Assembly (NCBI GenBank): GCA_964016885.1
Contig: OZ024743.1
Span: 212,970,001 to 213,034,000, forward strand
Reading direction: 5' to 3'
DNA from: Eledone cirrhosa
Lineage: Eukaryota
Length of the DNA: 64,000 nt
Shown: piece by piece, positions 25,301-37,222 of the stretch
Layout: each line of letters begins with the position of its first letter
How positions within the stretch are numbered: the stretch's first letter is position 1
Made by a program: the position numbers and the translations under genes
Notes under the pieces: model-generated
Seen by the model: the letters and a program-made list of their open reading frames with translations, nothing else
Told to the model about the DNA's origin: nothing
Database searches by the model: none

Positions 25301-28300
25301 TAGATGTCATCTGTGTAAGAATGAGAATTGTTGGAGGTGATGGTAAGTAGATCATTGATGTATATGTGTAAGAGTGTGACAGATATAACTGACCTCTTCT
25401 TGATGGTGCAATTTGACAGGAAATTATTGACCTCAAAGATGAGGGAGGGATGGAGTCCATGGGATGGTGATAAATAAGACAAGTACAAAAGATTTTTTTA
25501 AAAAATGTACAAAATAAATCTTTTCCAAAAAAGGTAACAGGCTTTACAAGTGAGAATCTGTAAATTAAACTGCAATAACCAACAGATGTTCCAAATAGAT
25601 TACCATCTACTTACAGGGAGTTTAAGTTGATCCTTTAACCAATTGAGATAAAATTCTAAGTCACTTTTATCCATTGGTTCTTTACCCCAACAAGCAATTT
25701 TGGCAATAATTCTGCTGGTCTACAAAAAATATAAATAGATGTACATCAATTAGGCTCCTTTTCATAGCAAAAAAACAGGTATATATTATGTAGAAAATTC
25801 TATCCATAAATAAGTAAAATCCTTTAATTATGCCATAATGATGCTCATGGAATTTATATGGAATTTACCAAATTTGATAACAATTTCAACATTTTTAGCC
25901 ATTGTCTGCAGGAATGCTTTTGCAGTCTTGTCTGCAGGGCTCAGCTCCTCTACTGCCACACCCTAGGCCCAGACCTCAATCATCCTCCCCCCCCCCCCTC
26001 CCCATTCTTCTGTGACACTAGAGTCCTTGCGATTTCCTTCCCTTCCCGTTTTTTCTTTCTTATTCTCTTTTTTCTCTATATTTTCCTATTTTACATTCCA
26101 TTCTTCCCAATCTAAATTAAAAAAAAAAATTTTTTTCTATTAAACTGTATTACCATGATATATTCCAAAATTAAGACACGATATTTCAGAAGAAAAATGA
26201 GACTTGTGTTCTATTGTGAAACATTAATGAACTGAAGTAACTAAGGAGTAGAATTTTTGTTGTAATAGCAATGACTTTTGTTGAGGCAGCTGACTCATCT
26301 CATTTCGAATGTTTTCTAATTCTCCACCAAACCACAATTAACAGGTGATGTAGCTTATTGTGACAACTAACAGAGACTGTCCATTTCTTAACAGACTTTA
26401 CTGTCAAATGGCTCAATCTGTCTAGCTTTAAATAGCCAGTCAGGTAGGAACAACACAGTTATACCTAGTGGTAGTAGTGTTAAAATTAATGAGTATTTTG
26501 TTCAGTTGTAGAATCAGTCAAGATTCATAGTTTAGAACGTATACACACAGCAAGAGGCACAGCTCAGTTGCTGCTGTGCCATCATGCTGTATTTCAATGG
26601 CCAAATAACCTAATGGTGCCTATCTCCTCTAAATGTATGGCTGGTTATTGACTTCTCTGTTAGAGACTCTTCCACCTTTTGACAGGTTTTATTTTTAATC
26701 CTGATGGGTCTCACATATACTTCTTACCTGGGTGGGGTTGATAGTTCAATCACTGACCACTTGACCATGAGGCAAATTGCACTGGGTTATGCAGTCCAAG
26801 TAACATGTAGAATTGTGTTTAAAATCTCCTAAGTTTATAACAAGGAAAGATAGCTCCAATAAGACAAAGCTTTATAGCAGTACATCACCACTGAAAGCCT
26901 GAAAGTAATACTTTAATGTGGTTGTTATTAACTGTTTTGGAGATTAAGAGTACAAGTATAAATGCCTCAAACATTTCTGATGACCCTTATGGTGTGTAAC
27001 CAATTGACGCATTTGGTATTGAATTGATGGGTTTTTTTCTCTCTCGCTTTGATTATATATTTTTGTTTATTATATTTATAAGGTTCCTAGCAATTAATTG
27101 TATATATTATGTGTTTATATTTTCATTCTGTAAGAATTATAAACAATTTGTATCGTTATCTATACAACAGTGAAAGAAATGTTTAAAGTATAAAATAATT
27201 ATGAAAAATCAGATGAAAAACTGCTCACCTGGTTAACTATGAATCGATCACTCCTATTCAGAAGGTGTAGGAAAGGGGTCCAAACCGATTCCCTGTTTTT
27301 GCGAGCATAATCTCTGAAGATCTCAACATAGGATTTATCCTCCTGGAATGCAGAGCATTACAATTTATTCATTGTCATATTAACAACAAAACAACAATTT
27401 ATTACATTGGCAAATCAAATAGGTTTAATTTACAAAAGAAGTACTTGACACAAATTACACTATTTCAGAACTAAGTCATATATGAATGACTGGTATCACA
27501 TCAAGGAAGGAGATTTCTTTCCTTTGTTTAATACATTTTCTCCATAAAAGAGGAATATGAGCCCCCTCTCCCCCAACAAAAAAATTCAATGGTGGAAGGT
27601 GGGTCGACATATTTAGGGTCAATATTTTGATGATTTTCACCAACTTCAAATTCTATGTAAATAAGGTTTGGATTTTTGCCCATTTCTCAGACATAAAATA
27701 ATTGTTTCTACTTTAGGCACAAGGCCAGCAATTATCCAGTGCATTACTGGTACTTTATTTTATCTACCCCGTAAGGATGAAAGGCAAAGTCAACCTCGGC
27801 GGGATTTGAACTCAGATCGTAAAGGGACGTAACTATGCTGGAAAGCATGGCGTCCGACCCTCTAAAATAATGGAGTTGACTTGTATTCATATTGTTTCCA
27901 TTGGTCTTTCCATTTCTAATACTATCTACCAGTCGCAACTCCTGGCAGAAAGAACAACATAAAATAAAGTGTCTTGCTCAAGAACATAATGCATTGTCAG
28001 GTTCGGGAATTGAACTCGCAACATTACAATTGCGAATCCAATTCTGTGACCACTAAACCACACATTATATGTTATATAAATTATATATATAACTTTTAAT
28101 TATAATAAAAAAAAAAAAAAAAGAGAAATTATAATAAAAATAGGATTACCTTCAGAATGTCATCAGCAACAGTGAGAATATATTGTAAGGTTTGATCTCT
28201 GGCAATGTGATTCATTAAATTTATAAAGGTTTCAGCAAACTGTAAATATAAAACAGAGATAATAGGGAGTTTTTTTAATAGATAATTTTCACTAATTAAA

Positions 28301-31300
28301 TTTCCTTTAGTTCTTGTCAAAGCAGACCGATGAACAATGGGATTCCAGTTGTGACTGTGTTTTATTTTTTTTATACCAGACTATATTTTTCAATGTGCCT
28401 TGCCTTTTTTTAAGACATAGAAAGCAATTTGAGGGACCATGTCATTGTCCTGTAACACAAGAGTTATTTTCACCTCTTGACACATCCATCACAAAAGCCC
28501 TGTAAAAGTTATAGTTGCTGCCCTTCCTCATCTTACTAAGCTATAAAAATCTAAAGCATGCTCATATTTATTGTTTTATGTTTATCTCTCCATGATGGTA
28601 TGAGTTGGATGGGTCTTTCAGTTCTTTCTTATCTAACATACAATAAAGAGAGAACCACCAATCTTTGTGGTTTTCATTTGATTAAGCCTTTCATTCCCAT
28701 ATTTTTTATGAAAGACACTTCCTTTGATTTTCAATTAACCACAAATTTTGAAGCATTTGAAGTATAACTAACTAGCTGGTGATAGAAACATAACTTAACA
28801 AATATTCTTACATAAAATTACAATGCTAAGTTTTTAGACAAATATAATCACTTTAAAACAAGCTTTATATGAAATTCTCTTTATTATAGTAATTTAGATA
28901 CATAGATAGATTTAGAATGTTTAGTGAAACATACAGAAAAAGAGATCCGCATTGGAAAGGACTATACATGCCATAAATAAGAGGAAAAGGAGGGAACGAG
29001 CAAGGACTATTAGGCAATGGAAGAAAGAAAGGGGAGAAGGGGAACACCAGAAGTGGTTTCAGGTGGTTTGGTATTAAAAGGGTTAAAAATATAAATAAAA
29101 TGTATGTAAAATGGAAACAAAGTTGTATACCTGCATAGGTGTTTCAGCTAACATCCGTTTCTTGACCTCAATGTTATTTTGGTCAAATTTTGAGACAAAC
29201 ATGTAATCTTCTTGAGAGATCATCTGGCCCCTAAATTCAGAGAAAAAATTAAATTATAAATGACTATAACTATGAGAGTGGAGGTGCATAGCCAGTCCTG
29301 CTTATTTGTCCTATATTTCATTCACACATAATTTTGAGTTGCAGAAATGTTAACTATAATAAAGAAAGGAGTGCGGGACTGCATCCAGAATATATTTTTT
29401 TACCCCGTTTGTAAAATAAGTTGGATTACTTTGAATAAATAATGAATGAATATTACATAATTTATGTGCTAAATTTCGTGGTTGTTGATTAAATATATTA
29501 ATTTTCTCCTAATGGAGTTTATATATAATATCGTCTTTTTTTAATGTATCATGGATTACATTACTGATTACATAAGACAGTGTAACACAGTCTTCGTTCA
29601 ATTTCTGTGTATATTGTCAATTACGATTTTATTTGATGTATCATATCAACATATATATATATATATTTGTGTATAATATCAATATCCAGACTACACATGC
29701 TAGCTGAAAACCACCCGAAGGGTGGTTTTTCTGCTAGTCAACTGAAATAACTGTTTCAAATTTTTCAGTGGGAACAGTATCCAGGTAAAAGAGTGTGTGC
29801 GTGTATTTTCAATAAAAATGACTGACTTATTTGAAATATAAGTATAGAAGCTAAAGAGAGAAAAAAGAGGTACTTACTGAAGGTAACATTGCCAGTTAAT
29901 ACGATTAGCTCTGATATCATTAGCATGTCTCTGTAGAGTACTAGTGGCAGTTTGAGCACCTAAAAGAAAAAAAAAAAACAATCATCATGATAATCAATTG
30001 TTGAAATTTACAATCAACATCATTTCTTGCTGCTCTCATGGACTGTGAGAAGATTGGTTCATATATCCCTGTACACTGCTATCAAAGTGGAAATGCTGCT
30101 TGCAGGTGCGAGCCCCTGTGATGTGGAGTGGCTGTTCCAGCATGTCTCCCTCACTGTCCTTCTAGGCAATGTTTTCTCCATCTTGTCAGCCGGGACCACA
30201 AGGTAGACAACATATTAAGGTAGGAGTAGGGTGGCAGTCTTCAGATTAAAGGGTTAATAATTGTTTCTACTTTTGGCACAAGGCCAGCAATTACCCCAGT
30301 GCATTATTTTATCGACCCCGTAAGGGTGAAAGGCAAAGCTAACCTCAGCAGGATTTGAACTCGGAACATAAAGGGCCACCACTATGTATCTCCATAAACC
30401 ATGTTTTATTAGAATCCCAAAATATCCAACAAGGGAACCTCTATATGGCCACTCAACCTGCTACACATAGCCAAATCTCTTGTATTGTTTTGAAAAAGGA
30501 AGGACACATTGAATGTGGTTCTGGATACAGTAACCTTGACTTCAAAATAAACAGCAACATTAACAAAAAAGAAAAAGCCAAGAAAAACATGAGTCTAAGG
30601 AAACCAAATATTAGTTTGATGAATGTTAGGATTTTTGAACCAGCACAAACATTCGAACATTACATATACAACAGTCTGTTAGGGCTAGGAAGTTTGACAG
30701 CTGACATCTATAATGTCTTCATATTTTGGCCTACTCCACCAGTCTTTCTAAAGCCTGTCTCAAACTCAGACTCCTCAGTCCAGTGCTTATCCTGGTTTCT
30801 GTGGCATTAAGTGACGGAGAGTATAAGATTCTCCCTGGACAGGACGCCAGTCCATTGCTGTGTTAAACCCCCAGCTACTGTTGCTGGTACTCATTTTCAG
30901 CTGAATATACTGGAGCAATGTGAAATAAAGCATTTTACTTTTACTCAAGAACACAACACACAAATCCAGGAATTGAACCTATGATATTATCATCATATGT
31001 CCAACACACTTACCATTAGGGAATGTACCTCCATGCACCAGTCTTTAACTACAATTAAATGCAAATAATACTGAAAGGGCAACACACATTGCTAGGAATA
31101 TTTGTTTTACAAGTTAGAAAGATTATCTTTCACAGGCCTCCCAAGACTGAGATTGAGCAAATTGTTCAGCCTAAACCTCCCTAGGTCAATGTTTGTCGGA
31201 AAAATATTCTCTGTCTATAGTTGAATGTCATTCCTAATGACATGTCATCATCATCATCATCGTTTAACGTCCATGTTCCATGCTTGCATGGGTTTGGACG

Positions 31301-34300
31301 GGAGTTTTCCCACTTGAGGCAAGAGTGGTTGTCTTGCTCGCATAGGACTGTCTGGCGGGTTTTCTACAGCTGGATACCCTTCCTAACACCAACCACATTT
31401 ACAGTGTATATTTATTTATTTATGCAGTATTGTAATTTTATTGTCATGTGTAATTATGCTAGTGGTGACAAATATATAAACAAATAAATAACAGTTGTCA
31501 TCATCATCATAAACAGTTCTATATGAACGAGGAAGAAACTCAAGGGAGATAATAACATATGTGGCATTTTAATCACTTTAGTGTAGGTCAGAGTGAAACC
31601 ATCACACGAGAACATTTTAATTATATTAGTCATACTATGCAGTAGTGTGTGTGTGTATATATCATGATCACTGTTTAATGTCTATTTTCCATACTTGCAT
31701 GGGTTAAACAGGTTATTACGTTTTAAGGCCTGATCAGTCAGATGACTGCGTCATATTTGTATGGACTGTTTTGACTTGGTTTCTATAGATGGATGCCTTT
31801 CCAAATGCTTTACAGTGTGTACTGGGAGTATCTTATGAGACCGGCACTACCATTTTACAGGGTGGACTGGGTGTTTTCTGTCATGGCACCAGTACTACCA
31901 CTTTACAATGCTAGGATGCTCAGTATCCTTGGTGTGGTTGGAGACATTGATGGGGGCTGGGGTGTATAAAGGATGCTTCATTGAACATGTATATCACAAT
32001 TACACATCCATTGGAGTATGCGTGCCGCATTTCTTTCCAATCTTTGTTAATCCTCCATATGAAAATCCCAAGTCTCACTTCCATGCAACATTGCACATAC
32101 AATTTGCCTTTCACTCTGAATGAAAGATCCCTTATATCCAGCAGTGGTAGTAGCACCTTCAACATTTTTCAACTGGACCTCACTCTGGCAACTATACTTT
32201 CAGAACACCCACTGCTAACTTTATTCTCCAGGTAGCAGAAGCTGTCAACTACCTCTAATGAACCATCTGAGCATTTGATAGGGCTCGTTTCCTGTGAGTT
32301 CTTGTTCCTTACTGTTCCTGTGGATTGGGCACATTCAAAGCCTACATCTTTTGCTAGCCTTTTGGATACATTTCTTCTCAACATCATCTTGATTTTTCCT
32401 CATACACAGCCTTGCAATCTTGAACATCTCATACCTTTGGTACTCATGACATAGAACATGCAGAAATTTCTTTTCTGCTTCTCTCCTTGCTAAGTGTACC
32501 TAGTTTCTCTTCTAGCTTTTTGATACCCTATTTTGCCAGTCTTTCCATACCTGTTTCTTTATTTTAATTGTCTCACCAACCCTGTTATTCCACCACCATA
32601 TCACCCTGTGTTGCCCTGGGGCCTTGCACCAGCCACATATCTTGTCTGCAGTCATCAGGTTATCCAACAGGAACTTCCATTGCTTTTCTTTGCTGCCGGC
32701 TTCTAACTTATCTTCCTTATGGTCATAAGCGTCAAGCAGGACATCTCTGAATTTATCACCAGCTGAAGGCTCCTTCATCTTCCATGCCCTTCTCTTCCAA
32801 TTTCCGTGTTCCCCTAGCCCTGATTTTAAAGTTAATACCATATGTTATGTTGGATTGTACCTTCCTTACCAGGAAGAAACTTTGTGTTTGCAACCATCAG
32901 CTTGTCCCAGCTTCTGGTGAGGAATTTATATCTAAAAGTAAAATAAAAATAATTTATATAACCAAAACAATATTGTGTGTGTTTGACCTAGGAAAAAAAT
33001 TAAAAGTTCTAATCACACTTAAGTGTTCCCCATGGTTGGATGAATTGTCACGGTTCAAGACAAAATGGATTAGCTAAGTGTACCTTGCTCAAGACTAATT
33101 TCTTTTCTTCAGATTACATTCTTATATAAAGGATCCAGTAAGCCATGAAAATATTCAGCCCTCTGGGTCTCAAAAGAGAAAAGTTTCCAAAGAAATGATT
33201 AAAAAAACAAAACAATGCTGATGCATTAGAAAAAATTCAGCATTTTACAGAACATAGGAAACAGTGACACTCCTAAATACATCTGCAGAAAATGGGTGTG
33301 ACAGATCAAATGAAAATATTGAAAGTGATGCATTATCACATGCTGTATATACTTCAGATAAGGACAGTGAAGTGCCATCATGTGATTGAGATCCAACTTC
33401 TGGTTTCCTGTCAGAGAATATGATGAGTAACCATGGTCAAAATCAGCTATGGCATGTCAAAAGCAAAAATGTATGTGACTCCTACACAGAATCTTGATGG
33501 GCACTGCTATTATTCAAAAACTTTGTTTTACACTATTTATGACAAAATTGAGAAAGTACAGCAATGGAAAGACCAAATGAAACATTGTTTCTTTGGTCAA
33601 ATTTGATGAGCTGTACCCCACTCAAAAGCAATAGATTCCGATATAGCTCACCAAAGAATATAGTTTACAGTCAGAATGGCTTTAATGACTGGAATTAAAA
33701 TTAACTGGTTAAGTAAATGTCTATTCCTGGAAAATTTATCTATAGCTAGATTAAATTAAATTGTAATAACCTTGAACTATAGATAGTTGTGTGTGTGTGT
33801 GTCAACATTATTAACCCTTTCATTTGCAGACTGCCACCCTACTCCTGCCCTAATAGGTTGTCTGCCTTGTGGTCCCAGCCAACAGGATGGAGAAGTCATT
33901 TCCCCCGAGGATGGCGAGGGAGATGCGCTGGAACAGCCATTCCATCTTGCAGGGCGAGCAACTGCAGGCAGTCAACACTGCTCCAATAACAGTGAGCAGG
34001 GATGTGGTCTAAGGGCCAAGAACGCTGAAAGTCTCCATCGCTACAGGCTCAACAACAAACCTATCAGAGAGGAGCTGGTACGATATACAATTGAAGTCAA
34101 CTTCAGTTAATTACATTAAGATTTACTTCCAGTATATTTCATTTGATATGGAAGACAGTAAAGGTACTTTATCTATACAAAGAGTGAAGGAGCGTGGTTT
34201 AGTGATTAGAGAATTAGATTCGCAATAATGAGGTTACAAGTTCAATTCCCACAAGATATTTGATTTCATGGTGCTCTTTCTGCCAGGAGTTATGACCGGT

Positions 34301-37148
34301 AGATAGTATCAGAAATAGAAAGACTAATGGAAACATTGTTTCCTTGGTCCAATTGGATGAGTTCCACCCCTCTTGGTTAGTGAATGAGGTCTGAGATCTT
34401 CCCCATAGATTCCTGATATAAAAAAAAGTCAAACGTATTCAAAGTTATTCTTATCACCACTTCAAGAAAGTGAAGAATGCTGGAGTTCAGATTCTGGTGT
34501 ATTTAAAAACATTTTTTGTTTCAGAAATTTCCCTAAATATTTATTGTAGATAAAATTTGTAAAAAATTAGTCACAGCACCTTACTACTGATAATATATTC
34601 AAGCTATATTGAATTCCTAGGTGAAATTTGAACTCAGAACACAAGGCCAGCAACTTGGGGTAGGAGTAGAAGTTGATTATATTTGACTCCAGTACTTTAT
34701 TTTATTGACACCAAAAAGATAAATATGAATTGTAGTGCACCTAACCACTATACACAATAATTTCATTGGAATGTTGCCAGGCACTCACTGCCCTCTACCA
34801 AGCGGGCAATGCGATCAGTGGAACTTCCACTCTCGAGTTCTATAGAGGATTAGTGGTGGGCAAGTGCGATGACGCACTCGGAGAAGCTTTGGGCCTCGAC
34901 GAAGTCAAACTGACCAGTCTGTACCGGAGGACTTTTGAGCCGGGGACGATGGACAATTTCTAGAAATCCCTCGCTTGGCAGTGCTACCGGGGGGCTCTGC
35001 CGGTTCGGGATAAACTCTACAGGCATGGACGTGCTGTCAGACGGACCTGCCCAAGATGCGCACAGAACGACGAAACCGTTCTGCACGCACTTGTCCAATG
35101 TCTGTGCATTACTGACTTGTGGAGTTATGTCAAACAGCTACTGTCGCATGTGGAACAAATCCGGCTATCGGCCGAGTCCATAGTGAAGATCGACCCACCG
35201 CCTTCCTTAGGTCAGGAAGAGCAGGAAATTTTCCTCTGTCTGGTGGTAGTTGTGAAAGAGGTTATATGGTCGACCAGGTTAAAAGGACTGAAGACAGACA
35301 CTTTTCTCTTCGGCCAATCCCTCATCAACTTCTTCAAGTTTCACCTGGAAAGGAAGGTGAGGGTGGAGAGAGAAGTGCTGCCCCCCCCCCCCCAGTACAT
35401 TTGCTAAAAGGTGGGTGAATGTGGCGAGAATGGGCCTACTCTAACCATGCGCCTATAGGCTAGCTAACTTGAGGAGAGGGGTGCTCTCCCTGGGTGCCCT
35501 AGAAGTGCATGGTGGTTCAGGATCGGTGGGGTACCCGAGTCACCGCAGAGTCGTCCACCCCCTATCGGGGAATTTATTTTGTATGCATAGTTTATTTTAT
35601 ATTTTTATATCTTCATTGTATAAATTACTCTTGCCATTGTGCACTTTTACTCAACCTTATTGTAAACCCCCACTGTCCCTGTCTTTGTATTGTCCCTTAC
35701 ATGTCGGCCCTTGTGGCTAATAAATGAAATCATTATTACTATTATTATTAAGGGCGGTAGATTGGCAGTATCTGTAGAGAGCCGGACACCATGTTTTGAA
35801 TCATAGAGTTACGTCCCTTTATGATCTGAGTTCAAATCCCTCCGAGGTTAACTTTTCCTTTCATCCTTACGGGGTCGATAAAATAAAGTACCAGTAATGT
35901 ACTGGGTATTTGCTGGCCTTGAGCCTAACATAGAAACAATTATTACTATTATTATTCATCAAAGCATGCTCACTTCATTTATCTTTACTCCCTGCACACC
36001 CTTTGCATTTACTGCCCGTGTTTCATTAAACAGGTACCAGACTGGTACCTACTTCAATCCATAAACATGAAAGGCAATATTCAGATGGATCAACAACCAA
36101 GGAATTTGAACTCACAATGTAAAATAGACATAAGTGAATTCAGTAAAATGTCCCTTAAGTAGCGTGTTTTGTTTTTATTAGATACTACTCAATCATTTTA
36201 AAAACAATGTCAATGGCCTTTCATGACATTGTGAGATTTTGTATACTGAATAAATTGTAAACTCATAACAAAAATAACAAAAAATTCATGAGTTTCGTAT
36301 TGAACTGAAAAATGTGTTTTGGTATGCTAAGGCAATCAAGGCCCACAGTGTCACGGAGTTATCAGATTTATACATGTATATAATCAGCTATTATCGCCAA
36401 GCTATTTTTTCCCCAGCCAGTGGCATTGGAGACGTTTGGCGAAACTGGGTCTCTGAAAACGAGGATCTTGTTATTGTTGATGGCTCGCCTTACTGACACA
36501 TCAGGTGATACAGGGCAGCACCACCAGCAGCAATGTTCTGAGTGTGTTAGGTTGCCTAAAGAAATTATTAAAGGGAAATTGCAACGCCCCTTGTAGCGTG
36601 TGATTGAATGTGGGTGTCTTCTTATAAATTGTGTTTATATACAAATATATAAATGGTGTTTATCAATAAAGATATACTTTCTTAAAAACACATATTTTAC
36701 AGAGATACATTTTCGAAGATGTATGGACTAAGAATCTATGAGTACTGAAAGTAACTGTTTGATATATATATATATATAGAATAGAATGAAACGAAATTTC
36801 ATTTCTCACTCTTAGTACGGCACTTACTTAAATGTAAGTATGTATGTATGTATACGTACATACATATATGTATACAGAAGTACTGTGTATATATATACAT
36901 ACATGCACACATATATATATGCACGTATCGGTTTACCGAACATTTATTATAATGCTCGGTTTGTCCGTTTGTAAACAAACAAACAGCCCGAATTACGCCG
37001 TACAGTGTTTACAAACGGACAAACCGAGCATTATAATAAATGTTCGGTAAACCGATACGTGCATATATATATGTGTGCATGTATGTATATATATATACAT
37101 ACTACTGTACTTCTGTATACATATATGTATGTACGTATACATACATAC

Positions 37149-37222
<74 letters not shown>

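Noticed and set aside
33652-33726. 75-nt AG/GT-bounded segment in intron 1 as a cassette exon
   Set aside because: In-frame TAA in the required phase and no similarity to subunit H. There is no support without RNA data.
35752-35850. tRNA gene
   Set aside because: The A/B-box head continues into a SINE body repeated many times in the window, and there is no complete cloverleaf.
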